Source: an uncultured Phycisphaerales bacterium
GTDB taxonomy: Bacteria; Planctomycetota; Phycisphaerae; Sedimentisphaerales; Anaerobacaceae
Assembly (NCBI GenBank): GCA_963718665.1
Contig: OY970359.1
Span: forward strand, 320,001 to 384,000
Length of the DNA stretch: 64,000 nt
Reading direction: 5' to 3'
Notes under the pieces: generated by a model
Told to the model about the DNA's origin: nothing
The model's database searches: none
The model's input: only the letters and a program-made list of their open reading frames with translations
Shown here: positions 36,463-45,726 of the stretch, piece by piece
Layout: every line of letters starts with the position of its first letter
How positions within the stretch are numbered: position 1 is the stretch's first letter
Position numbers and translations under genes: made by a program

Positions 36463-38009
36463 TTAGCCGTTGTTCGTCGTTCGTATTTCGTATTTTGTAT
36501 TTCGTGCTGTTCGATGGCGGCAAGCAAGCCGTCAAAAGTATGCTCAGACGCCTCAACATCAACTTTTACGCCAAGCTCGGCAAGTTTTTTAGATGTAACC
36601 GGGCCTATTGAGGCGACTTTGGCATCTTTGGATTTTACGAAATCGACTGAAACCTGTTCAAAAAAGCACGTTGCGGCGAAAGGACTCGCAAAGGTCAGCC
36701 AGTGAATCGGCCTATCAGACAACGGTTTCATATCGCATAAGTTTTTTTCGTGGGTATAGACAGGGACATTATCTACCGATGCGCCGGCGGCTTCGAGCAA
36801 TTGCGGCAGGTCATCGGAAGCAATTAATGAACGCAGAAGCAGGACTTTTTTGCCGCGGAGGTTTGTAAAGTCGACAAGCCCCCTTGCAAGGTCTTTGCTG
36901 GTAAAGGCATTCGGGACAAAGTCAGCTTTGATGCCAAATCTCGCGAGTGTTTCGGCGGTCCTGACACCGATGGCGGCGATTTGGGCTGAGCCGAAGGCAC
37001 GGGCGTCCTTACCGAGTTTTGCCAGCGCAGCGAAAAAGGTCTCGACGCCGTTGCAGCTTGTGAAGATTACCCAGTCGTAAGCGTGAATCCGGGTGAGTGT
37101 TTTTATAAAGTCACTTGAGCCAGTAAGCGTTTTGATTTTGGTAACTGGTATTTCAATGGTAACAGCCATCCTGCCTGCGATTTTTTCGGCGAATTCGGCG
37201 CTTCCTTCAGCATCGCGTGTAACTACCACTGTTTTCCCGAACAAGGGTAATTCAGCAAGCCAGTTGAGTCGTGAGTCGCCGGCGGCGGTCGGGCCAATGA
37301 AAACAAGTGCTGGCGGCGTGATTTTATTTTGGGCGCAGCTATCGGCGATTGTTGTCAGGGTAGCTTTGACGAATTTTTGCGTTGGCAGCGTCGCATCGGC
37401 AACTACGGCCGACGGTGTTTCAGGGGACATACCATTTTCGATGAGCCGACGAGCAATACCGTCGAGATTTTCCATCCCCATATAAAAGACGATTGTGCCG
37501 GTGAATTTGGCGAGCAACTGCCAATCGATGCCAGTTTGTTGTTTACCTTCAGCTTCGTGGCCCGTAACAAATATAACTTCGGATGCAAACGCCCTGTCGG
37601 TAAGAGCGATACCGGAATAACAGCTTGCGGCAAGCGCGGCAGTAACACCCGGCACGACCTCGAAGTCGATTCCGGCTTCTGCAAGAACAGCCGCCTCTTC
37701 AGTCCCCCTGCCGAAAATATACGGGTCGCCCCCTTTGAGGCGAACTACGGATTTACCCTCGCCGGCTTTTTGGACGAGCAGATTATTAATCTGCTCCTGC
37801 CTGAATGATTCAGGCCCGACGCGTTTGGGGACGGCAAGCAGTTCCGCATCCGGACGGGCATAACTCAAAAGGCCCGGATTAGCAAGCTTGTCGTAAATAA
37901 TACAATCGGCGCATTTGAGCAATTCCAGGCCGCGGACCGTAATCAGGTCCGGCCGACCAGGCCCGGCACCAACTAAGTAAACCTTACCTTTTCTATTCGT
38001 CACATTCAT
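36459..38009 (-). CDS. cobA: Fused uroporphyrinogen-III C-methyltransferase/uroporphyrinogen-III synthase
   Basis: VYLVGAGPG, RLKGGDPYIFGRG and VVPGVT, then a HemD domain (PLFGKTVVVTR, WVIFTS.NGV, SIGPVT). The true start is ATG 38009. Confidence 0.93.
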   Translation of the reverse strand: MNVTNRKGKVYLVGAGPGRPDLITVRGLELLKCADCIIYDKLANPGLLSYARPDAELLAVPKRVGPESFRQEQINNLLVQKAGEGKSVVRLKGGDPYIFGRGTEEAAVLAEAGIDFEVVPGVTAALAASCYSGIALTDRAFASEVIFVTGHEAEGKQQTGIDWQLLAKFTGTIVFYMGMENLDGIARRLIENGMSPETPSAVVADATLPTQKFVKATLTTIADSCAQNKITPPALVFIGPTAAGDSRLNWLAELPLFGKTVVVTRDAEGSAEFAEKIAGRMAVTIEIPVTKIKTLTGSSDFIKTLTRIHAYDWVIFTSCNGVETFFAALAKLGKDARAFGSAQIAAIGVRTAETLARFGIKADFVPNAFTSKDLARGLVDFTNLRGKKVLLLRSLIASDDLPQLLEAAGASVDNVPVYTHEKNLCDMKPLSDRPIHWLTFASPFAATCFFEQVSVDFVKSKDAKVASIGPVTSKKLAELGVKVDVEASEHTFDGLLAAIEQHEIQNTKYERRTTAK

Positions 38010-38081
38010 AAGATTCGTAATGATTGTATTATATCCCTTTGGGCAGTAGAATATAATCCCTAAATATAATGCGGAGGCACA

Positions 38082-39014
38082 ATGGAAAACCAGATTGATA
38101 TGTCGGTTGAGTTCGCGGGTTTGAAAACGGCTAATCCTGTGTGGACGGCCTCGGGAACGTGCGGCTACGCCGACGAACTGGGCGATTTTATGGACGTCGG
38201 CAAACTCGGCGGGTTTATTACCAAAAGCGTTACAATAAAACCCCGGCAGGGAAACCCGACGCCGAGAATAGTCGAAACCGACAGCGGTATGCTCAACGCC
38301 ATAGGGCTCGCCAACGTGGGCGTCGATGAGTTTATCGCGGAGAAACTGCCCGCGATTGAAAAAATGTCCTGTGCGGTATTTGTGAATATCGCGGGCGAGA
38401 CAATCGAAGATTACGTCGCAGTCGCACAACGGCTTTGCGAACAGAAAGCGATAGCGGGTTTCGAGCTTAATATCAGTTGCCCAAATGTGAAACAAGGAGG
38501 AATCACCTTTGGGACTCAACCGGCGTTGGTCAAAGAAATCACCTCGGCTGTCAAATCGGCCTGCGGAAGTAAAATACTGATGGTCAAGCTCACGCCCAGC
38601 GTTACGGATATAGCAGTAACCGCAAAGGCAGCCGTCGAAGGCGGCGCCGATGCGCTCAGCTTAATCAATACCTTTACCGCTATGGTCATAGACATTGAAA
38701 CGCGCAAACCCGTGCTTGCGAACCGCACAGGCGGTCTGTCAGGCCCGGCGATAAAACCGATTGCCATTTATATGGTCAACAAGGCCTTTAACGAGGTAAC
38801 AAAGGGGACGCAAGTGCCGATTCTTGGTATGGGCGGGATAAGGACCGCCTCAGACGCGATTGAATTTATCCTGGCAGGCGCAACAGCCGTCGCGGTCGGG
38901 ACATCGAATTTCGTCGACCCTAATTGTGCCGTGAAAATTATCGACGGAATTCATAAATATTGCGACAGCCACGGCGTAGCAGCCATCAGGGACCTTATTG
39001 GTAAAGTTGAATGA
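38082..39014 (+). CDS. pyrD: Dihydroorotate dehydrogenase (class 1B catalytic subunit)
   Basis: ASGTCG, NAIGL.N, ELNISCPNV, VKLTP and GGLSGPAIKP. Confidence 0.95.
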   Translation: MENQIDMSVEFAGLKTANPVWTASGTCGYADELGDFMDVGKLGGFITKSVTIKPRQGNPTPRIVETDSGMLNAIGLANVGVDEFIAEKLPAIEKMSCAVFVNIAGETIEDYVAVAQRLCEQKAIAGFELNISCPNVKQGGITFGTQPALVKEITSAVKSACGSKILMVKLTPSVTDIAVTAKAAVEGGADALSLINTFTAMVIDIETRKPVLANRTGGLSGPAIKPIAIYMVNKAFNEVTKGTQVPILGMGGIRTASDAIEFILAGATAVAVGTSNFVDPNCAVKIIDGIHKYCDSHGVAAIRDLIGKVE

Positions 39015-40552
39015 TAAAGATGACTAAAATCATCGTAACACTGGTAATAGGACTGGCCCTTGTTTGCGGCACAAGCCAGGCAGCCGAGAAAATTGCCCTG
39101 ACCGACTTATCGGCGTGGCTGCCAAACAGCGAATGGAACACCGCCGGGGACGCATTCGAGCATCCGCGCAACGAATACCTTTTGTCGGTAAGGCAAGGCA
39201 CGGGCGTCATAATCAACGGACGAAAGGGTAAAAGCCCGCCGCTTGCGAGCAGGGAAGAATTCGGCGACGCGCGGATACACGTTGAGTTTGTGATACCGAA
39301 AAACTCGAACTCCGGCGTGTACATCCAGGGCCAATATGAGGTCCAGATACTTGACAGCTGGACCGATGCCAACATCCCGTATCCGGGCGGCGAATGCGGG
39401 GGGATATACCCTCGCTGGGATGAAACCAGACCCGGAAAATCATACGACGGCCATTCGGCTTTAGTGAACGCCTCACGTCCGCCCGGACAGTGGCAAACCT
39501 ATGATATTATCTTTCGCGCAGCCAGGTTCGACAGCGAAGGGAAGAAAATCGCCAACGCAAAAGTAATAAGAATATGGCAAAATGGAACACTTATACAAAA
39601 AGACGTGGAACTGACCGGCCCCACCAGAGGCAGTTTCAAACCCAATGACCTGCCCAAAGGGCCGCTTGCCCTTCAGGGCGACCACGGGCCGGTGGCATTT
39701 AGAAATATATGGGTCGTTCCTCTTGATTTTGACAAGACGGGATTGACGAACCCGTTTTTCGCGATGGATACGGGCACGATTGATGAAACGCACAAGTCCG
39801 CCCAGGCCCAGGTCGATATGCTTAAAGAGCTGGGGTACGCAGGGATAGGATACTGGGAAGGAAACCCCGCGCAGGGCACAGCTGGCATTGTTGAAATGCT
39901 TGGCGAACTCGATAAATCAAACCTCAAAATGTTCGGGGTGTATTTCGCGATAAAACTCGAAGACCCGCCTGAAAAATATACGGCATTGATTGAGAACAGC
40001 ATCAGGACGCTGACAGGCCGCAAGACAACGATATGGCTGGCAATGACCAGCGATGTTCATCAAAAATCATCGGTCAGCGGCGATGAGCAGGCGGTCGCGA
40101 TAATCAACGGGATAGCCGACATCGCAAATAAGAACGATATCGCGGTCGCCCTGTATCCGCATGAGAACTTCTGGCTTGAGAAAGTCGAGGATGCCGTTCG
40201 CCTCGCGGAAAAAAGCAACAGGCGCAACGTAGGCGTCATTTTTAACCTCTATCACTGGCTAAAAACCGATAAACCCGCGAATCTGCAAACCATCCTGGCT
40301 AAAACGTCGCCCTACCTGCTTATCGTAACGATAAACGGCACAACCGAAGCCGGCTCAATAGAAACACTGGACAAAGGGACCTATGACGTTTATTCGTTCC
40401 TGCAATCGCTGAAACAGGCCGGTTTCAAAGGCCCCATAGGGTTACAGGGCTATGGTTTAAGCGGCGATATCCGCGAAAACCTCAGACGCTCGATGCTGGC
40501 CTGGCGCGAGTTTTCGCAACGGCTGGCGGTCCAGGACGCCGAAAAACTTTAA
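39011..40552 (+). CDS. Secreted DUF1080 (3-keto-disaccharide hydrolase-like) domain fused to a sugar-phosphate isomerase/epimerase TIM barrel
   Basis: Signal peptide; NSGVY..YEVQILDS, WQTYDIIF and LQGDHGPVAFRNIW, followed by ALYPH and FNLYHW. Confidence 0.8.
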   Translation: MIKMTKIIVTLVIGLALVCGTSQAAEKIALTDLSAWLPNSEWNTAGDAFEHPRNEYLLSVRQGTGVIINGRKGKSPPLASREEFGDARIHVEFVIPKNSNSGVYIQGQYEVQILDSWTDANIPYPGGECGGIYPRWDETRPGKSYDGHSALVNASRPPGQWQTYDIIFRAARFDSEGKKIANAKVIRIWQNGTLIQKDVELTGPTRGSFKPNDLPKGPLALQGDHGPVAFRNIWVVPLDFDKTGLTNPFFAMDTGTIDETHKSAQAQVDMLKELGYAGIGYWEGNPAQGTAGIVEMLGELDKSNLKMFGVYFAIKLEDPPEKYTALIENSIRTLTGRKTTIWLAMTSDVHQKSSVSGDEQAVAIINGIADIANKNDIAVALYPHENFWLEKVEDAVRLAEKSNRRNVGVIFNLYHWLKTDKPANLQTILAKTSPYLLIVTINGTTEAGSIETLDKGTYDVYSFLQSLKQAGFKGPIGLQGYGLSGDIRENLRRSMLAWREFSQRLAVQDAEKL

Positions 40553-40631
40553 AACCTCATCCACGCAAACGCCCCGAATTTAGGCACACAATCTTTGGGA
40601 CGGATTTAATGCCAAAAAACGCCCAAAAAGA

Positions 40632-40660
40632 TTGACAAAGCACGTCCCATAAACTATACT
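40632..40660 (+). promoter_or_regulatory. Sigma70-type promoter
   Basis: TTGACA-17-TATACT upstream of the prepilin-type gene. Confidence 0.7.
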
Positions 40661-40726
40661 GGTTATGTGTCAGAGTATTCTTTCCACACTTAACGTTATG
40701 ATATTTGAGTTTTTAAGGAGAACCAA

Positions 40727-41704
40727 ATGACCTCTAAAAGAACAAAAGGATTTACCATTGTCGAGCTGCTCACGGTAATGAGCATTATCATTATTCTGAT
40801 GAGCATCCTTATGCCGGGCCTGCAGAGAACCCGCAGATACGCCAGGGTCGTAGTCCAGAGGAGCCAGTTCAGCGATATCAGCAAAGCTCTCGAATTATAT
40901 CGCAACGACCATCAGGAAACATACCCCGATTCAGGGGCGACAGATGGCAATGCAACAACAAACGCCGGTTACTGCGGCGCAATGAAACTCTGCGAAGCAT
41001 TGGTAGGCCAGGATGGTATGGGATTGGACCCTTCATCTACCTTCCAGGCCAAAACAAGCACTTATCTTTTCGACCTGTGCGTACAAACAGACTCTGCTAC
41101 CATCAGCAACACTCCCGCTTTAGTAACAAATTTGCAGGAAAGAACCAAATACCTTGATTCCGATAGCATAAAAGCCGCACGTCTTAAAGATTTGTACCCT
41201 TGGTATACGTCTTCCACTGGTACAAATTACTACGCCCCAAAAGCATCATTTCAGGCCACTGTGGACGCAGTTCCAGCAACATCTCCATCCTCATATCCGA
41301 ATTCCGTGCTCACCGATGCATTTCTGCGAACCCCTTCTGCCTGTGGCGGCAAAAAACTTGGTATGCCCATCCTTTATTATAAAGCCGACACAACTAAACT
41401 GGTCCATGACCCCAACTTTGACCCAACTTCAGGCATATATAACAGCATGACCACCAATCCCAGCATTTACAACTTTGATGATAACTATGGGCTTATAGGG
41501 CTTGGCTGCCCCTGGGAAAGTACACAGACAACTGTCCAACCGATGTATGGAACCGCAAACATCAAACTTTTCTACAAGGCAATTACCAATGCAGCCATTA
41601 CCTCCACCTCAAGACCGCACAACGAAGATTCATATATCCTTTTGTCAGCCGGCTGGGATGGCTTATACGGAACAAGCGACGACGTGTATAACTTCTCTAA
41701 TTAA
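40727..41704 (+). CDS. Prepilin-type N-terminal cleavage/methylation protein (pseudopilin-like)
   Basis: KGFTIVELLTVMSII and a GspG-like C-terminal YILLSAGWDGLYGTSDD. Confidence 0.88.
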   Translation: MTSKRTKGFTIVELLTVMSIIIILMSILMPGLQRTRRYARVVVQRSQFSDISKALELYRNDHQETYPDSGATDGNATTNAGYCGAMKLCEALVGQDGMGLDPSSTFQAKTSTYLFDLCVQTDSATISNTPALVTNLQERTKYLDSDSIKAARLKDLYPWYTSSTGTNYYAPKASFQATVDAVPATSPSSYPNSVLTDAFLRTPSACGGKKLGMPILYYKADTTKLVHDPNFDPTSGIYNSMTTNPSIYNFDDNYGLIGLGCPWESTQTTVQPMYGTANIKLFYKAITNAAITSTSRPHNEDSYILLSAGWDGLYGTSDDVYNFSN

Positions 41705-41733
41705 AAACATCTTACCGCAGAGATAAAAAATTT

Positions 41734-41772
41734 ACTGCCGCGAGGTAGAAGGGCCTCGCGGCAGTTTTATTT
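41734..41772 (+). terminator. Intrinsic terminator
   Basis: ACTGCCGCGAGG-loop-CCTCGCGGCAGT-TTTATTT. Confidence 0.85.
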
Positions 41773-41796
41773 ATAGACACGGAATAATTTTATCAG

Positions 41797-41884
41797 ACAC
41801 CGATTAACACTGATTTACACGGTAAAAACAAAACAGTGTTACCTATCCTGAGCTTGTCGAAGGAATCCTGTGTAAATCTGCGTC
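41797..41884. repeat. REP-like palindrome with 10-nt periodic arms carrying a nested 22-nt element
   Basis: ACACCGATTAACACTGATTTACACGG...CAGTGTTA[CCTATCCTGAGCTTGTCGAAGG]AATCCTGTGTAAATCTGCGTC; an empty arm copy lies at 44286-44313. Confidence 0.7.
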
Positions 41885-42077
41885 AAAAAAATATTGTGAT
41901 TTTTGCTTTTTTTGGCGTCAACCTTCGATGTTCGTCTAACGCCTTGAATGTAGTGGCGGAGTTTTCTAAAAAAGAGGAGTTTGTTATTAAAAAGCATTAA
42001 ACCACTCCCGAAAAGGAGTGGTGAAAAATATAAAAATTTTGTGTCTTAGTGCCTTGGTGGCAAAAAAGGAGAAAAAA

Positions 42078-44240
42078 ATGTCACACCAACACCCCCTCAT
42101 TCTGTCGCTCATTATCACCATCGCGAGTTTCCCCATCACAGCTAAGGCAAATTCTTTGGAAGGAAGCACTTCTCCGTACATTTTAAACGCTGAATTATAT
42201 AGTTCTCAACAGTATGAGATAGACACCAATGTTATCACTTTCAGCGAATTCCCGGTAGATACAAATATCACAAATCAATACGCCAATCGAGGTGTCATAT
42301 TCGGAACAGACGGAAATATCCCTTTTATCACCACCGACTCAGCGAATCCTACAAGTCCGGTTTTATCAGGAACGCCAAGATTTACTGGTCCAATCGAAGG
42401 CAGGTTTGTTAATCCGAATGACGGTGTAACGCCGATTGTCGTATCCGCGTTTTCTTTCGATGCGGGTTATTTTGATACTAATGGTTCAACACTCATTGAA
42501 TGGTTCGACCCCAATAACAATAAACTGGGAGAACAAACAAATTCGATTATCGGTATCCAGCATTTTAATATAGGTGGCTGTAACATTGCTCGCTGGCGGA
42601 TTTCGATAATAGGTTCTGAACCTGCTGGCTTTGCAATTGATAATCTGAAAATTGACTTGAGGAATTGGGATCTAAATAAGGTAGCCGACGTCAATAATGG
42701 CGATTGCGTCCTCCCGGGCCGCGAAATCACCTACACTATCACCTATAATTCCAATTGCACTGGCGACACCAATGTTGCACTTATTGACTATCTACCCGTT
42801 GAGGTCGATTATAATTCATCCTCCCCTGAAGGCGATTATGACCCGGCTGCGCGAACCGTTACTTGGAATATCGGAACTGTTCCTCTCGACAGCAATGGCA
42901 CATTTTTACTCAAGGTTAATGTTAATAATCTCGCAGAACCTTGTGGGGTGATTACGAATACTTGCGAATTGGGAGGCGATCACACATATGGTCTTGCTGA
43001 AGAAAATACACCTGTATGCGCTTGGAATGCGGGGGTTATTTACGTCGATTGCAACCGCACAGGCGGAAAAAACAACGGTATGTCTTGGCAAGACGCTTAT
43101 CTGGATTTGCAAAATGCATTAAACAGGGCAAGTATCGGAGGCGGTTCTCAAATCTGGGTCGCCAAGGGAACTTATAAGCCCTCTATTCCAGACCCTTGCA
43201 ACACATCTTACGGTCTGATATTCAAACTTATCAACGGCGTCCCTCTATATGGGCACTTCGCTGGTAATGAGACATCGCTTTCACAACGAAATCTCAGTGA
43301 CCAAAACAATGAAACCATCCTCAGCGGGACATATAACTATCTTGTAACCGCTTCCGGCTTTAGCCAAAACAATATCCTTGATGGCTTCACTATAACGGGA
43401 GGATATTATTCCCGCATCGCAATATTTAACGCCTACCTCACGGTTTCAAATTGTTTCATCAATGGAGCTGGAAACATATACGGCGGGATAAGCGAAGCCG
43501 GTTCCGGTTCTGCGCGAATTGTAGATTGTATCATATGCAATAACGGGCCAGGCATATTCTTCGATTCCTCTTCGTCAAATTTAACGGTTGTTACCGGATG
43601 TAAAATTTTTGCAAACACTTCTTTTGCTATTAGCATTATTGGACCTTCAAATTACGATATTCATGATAGTTGGATATATCGCAACGGCGGAGAAGGAATA
43701 TACTTTTACCCAACGACCGGCTTAACAACCATTCGCAATAACACCATTTTCGGAAATAAATCTTGGGGTATCGCTTGCGGCTCTTCAATAAAACCGATAA
43801 TCACAAGTTCAATTATCTGGGGCAATTCATCTGGAGACCTCTCTGGATGCAGCGGGAGTTATTTATGGCTGACCGCCAACGGCGACCCTTGTTTTGTTAA
43901 TGCAGATGCGAATGATTTCCATCTCAGGCCTGCCTCACTTTGCATAGACGCAGGCGACCCTTGTTTTATGGATTTCAACGACACCGATATTGACGGTGAA
44001 TGCCGGGTAATGTTCGGAAAATCAGCCATCCGGGTCGATATCGGGGCCGATGAGTTGGACTGGCCAAAGGCAGATTTTGACCGTAATAAGATCGTAAACT
44101 TTGTTGATTACGCAATTTGGGCGCCTGCATGGAAAACAACCGACCCAAACAAGTCGCTGGATCTGGATAATGACGTCGATATGGATGACCTTGCCCAGTT
44201 CTGCGACGACTGGTTATGGCAAGCCCCCTGGCAGGAATAA
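42078..44240 (+). CDS. Large secreted/surface protein (DUF11-like Ig domain, parallel beta-helix, dockerin-like C-terminus)
   Basis: Signal peptide; ITYTITY..DYLP..TVTWNIG; SWQDAYLDLQ.AL, IWVAKGTY, DFHLRPASLCIDAGD and VDIGADE; ADFDRNKIVNFVD...DLDNDVDMDDLAQFCDDWL. Confidence 0.8.
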   Translation: MSHQHPLILSLIITIASFPITAKANSLEGSTSPYILNAELYSSQQYEIDTNVITFSEFPVDTNITNQYANRGVIFGTDGNIPFITTDSANPTSPVLSGTPRFTGPIEGRFVNPNDGVTPIVVSAFSFDAGYFDTNGSTLIEWFDPNNNKLGEQTNSIIGIQHFNIGGCNIARWRISIIGSEPAGFAIDNLKIDLRNWDLNKVADVNNGDCVLPGREITYTITYNSNCTGDTNVALIDYLPVEVDYNSSSPEGDYDPAARTVTWNIGTVPLDSNGTFLLKVNVNNLAEPCGVITNTCELGGDHTYGLAEENTPVCAWNAGVIYVDCNRTGGKNNGMSWQDAYLDLQNALNRASIGGGSQIWVAKGTYKPSIPDPCNTSYGLIFKLINGVPLYGHFAGNETSLSQRNLSDQNNETILSGTYNYLVTASGFSQNNILDGFTITGGYYSRIAIFNAYLTVSNCFINGAGNIYGGISEAGSGSARIVDCIICNNGPGIFFDSSSSNLTVVTGCKIFANTSFAISIIGPSNYDIHDSWIYRNGGEGIYFYPTTGLTTIRNNTIFGNKSWGIACGSSIKPIITSSIIWGNSSGDLSGCSGSYLWLTANGDPCFVNADANDFHLRPASLCIDAGDPCFMDFNDTDIDGECRVMFGKSAIRVDIGADELDWPKADFDRNKIVNFVDYAIWAPAWKTTDPNKSLDLDNDVDMDDLAQFCDDWLWQAPWQE

Positions 44241-44245
44241 ACTCA

Positions 44246-44444
44246 ACCACCAAGGCACTAAAACACCAAGTTTTATAAAGAAAAACAGTGTAAATCCTGT
44301 GTTAATCCGCGTCTAAAAAAATGTTGAATTCTCTGTGCTCTCTGTGTCCTCGGTGGCTAAAAAACTTTGTGGCAAAACAAAACTGCGGTTAAAATACTTT
44401 GAGTTTTGGCGTCTCGGTGGTAAAATTTCAGTGTAAATCAGTGA
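44246..44444. repeat. Cluster of REP-like arms with 9-10-nt periodicity
   Basis: ACCACCAAGGCACTAAAACACCAAG, CAGTGTAAATCCTGTGTTAATCCGCGTC, CTCTGTGCTCTCTGTGTCCTCGGTGGC and CTTTGAGTTTTGGCGTCTCGGTGGT. Confidence 0.7.
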
Positions 44445-44471
44445 AACAAACGGTTATAATTTGAACCTACC

Positions 44472-44544
44472 GGGTAGGTAGCTCAGGTGGTAGAGCAGTG
44501 GACTGAAAATCCACGTGTCGTGAGTTCAACTCTCACCCTGCCCA
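44472..44544 (+). tRNA. tRNA-Phe(GAA)
   Basis: GGGTAGGTAGCTCAGGTGGTAGAGCAGTGGACTGAAAATCCACGTGTCGTGAGTTCAACTCTCACCCTGCCCA. Confidence 0.95.
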
Positions 44545-44632
44545 TTAAAATCTCACTATGGATTTAATCCGCAGTTGCCTTCAAATCCGTTCGGTTCACT
44601 TATTGAGCAGAGAAATGAAACAGAGGAATATT

Positions 44633-44728
44633 TTAGATATGAGCGCAAACAACAGCCGTCGCGAATAATACGCCCACAACAAACCATTCCCACCATTTGG
44701 CTCTCGATGTTTCGCTGACGGCTTTCAT
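44633..44728 (-). CDS. Putative 31-aa single-TM small protein
   Basis: SD GGAGG 7 nt before the ATG; MKAVSETSRAKWWEWFVVGVLFATAVVCAHI*. Confidence 0.5.
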   Translation of the reverse strand: MKAVSETSRAKWWEWFVVGVLFATAVVCAHI

Positions 44729-44936
44729 TATTTTGCCTCCGTGTCACACTGATAAAACTCACAAGATTCCACTATATCGGGAAATCGCCTCTCCACATAT
44801 AGTATAGGAACAGGTATAGTGATGTAAAAATGCGTATTTAACAAACCGACACAATAAAATGCGAGGTATTTAACGATTGTATCGACTGCGCCGAACAGAT
44901 TCCCTTCACAAAGAACAAAAAGCCCGCTTTTCAGCA

Positions 44937-45025
44937 TTGTTAACCAGAGCACAAAGTAATTTCTTGACAGGCCTATGGTTAATTTTGTAAATTGGTTCTT
45001 GATGACTTTGTGAATGTGAACACAA
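44937..45025. promoter_or_regulatory. Two Rex operator-like sites flanking a TTGACA promoter element
   Basis: TTGTTAACCAGAGCACAA (44937-44954) and TTGTGAATGTGAACACAA (45008-45025) resemble the Rex consensus TTGTGAA-N4-TTCACAA. Confidence 0.65.
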
Positions 45026-45050
45026 GCACTAATTAGGCATAATATATATT

Positions 45051-45665
45051 GTGAGATACAGCAAGATTCCAAATGAGACGGTTCGTCGCCTGCCGGTTTA
45101 CCTTCGGGGGCTGGCCCTTATGTCCCGGCAGGGACTCAGCAGCGTCTCCAGCAGCAAATTAGCGGATTTTGTCAGCGTGAATCCCTGGCAGATAAGAAAG
45201 GACTTCTCCTACTTCGGCGACTTCGGGACACGCGGCGTCGGTTACGACATTGAAAACCTTGCTAAGCAAATCAAAAAGATATTAAAGCTCGATACGACGC
45301 AAAAAACCGCCCTGGTGGGCGTCGGCAACCTGGGTTCGGCCATAATGGCATACACAGGTTTTGGAACATACGGTTTTCAAATTACCGCCGCCTTCGATAA
45401 TGACCCCGCCAAAATCGGCCGCAAGATGAACAATGTCACGGTCGAAAGCATCTCAATGCTCGATACGCTTGGCAAGCGAGAGGTGGACATGGCTATTATC
45501 GCTGTGCCCGAACAGGCGGCACAGGATGTGGCGGATGCGCTGGTCGGGGCGGGCATAAAGGGAATATTGAATTTCTCCCCGCGAAGAATTATCGTCCCCA
45601 AGAAAATAAAGGTGATAACAATAGATATAGCGACGGACCTTGCCCGTCTGCCCTACTATATATGA
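45051..45665 (+). CDS. rex: Redox-sensing repressor Rex
   Basis: RRLPVYLR, QIRKDFSYFG.FGTRGVGY, VGVGNLG and GILNFSP. Confidence 0.96.
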   Translation: MRYSKIPNETVRRLPVYLRGLALMSRQGLSSVSSSKLADFVSVNPWQIRKDFSYFGDFGTRGVGYDIENLAKQIKKILKLDTTQKTALVGVGNLGSAIMAYTGFGTYGFQITAAFDNDPAKIGRKMNNVTVESISMLDTLGKREVDMAIIAVPEQAAQDVADALVGAGIKGILNFSPRRIIVPKKIKVITIDIATDLARLPYYI

Positions 45666-45726
45666 AAATAGAGGCGTTCGGGTTTTGAGAAATAATGTTT
45701 GAGAACATTTTTAACAGAGGCGTAAA

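Noticed and set aside
38010..38519. 170-aa N-terminal extension of cobA/hemD in the ORF track
   Set aside because: It overlaps pyrD on the opposite strand, and CobA similarity begins after ATG 38009.
41797..44444. CRISPR array
   Set aside because: The repeats are degenerate 9-10-nt periodic palindrome arms without regular repeat-spacer spacing, and there are no cas genes.
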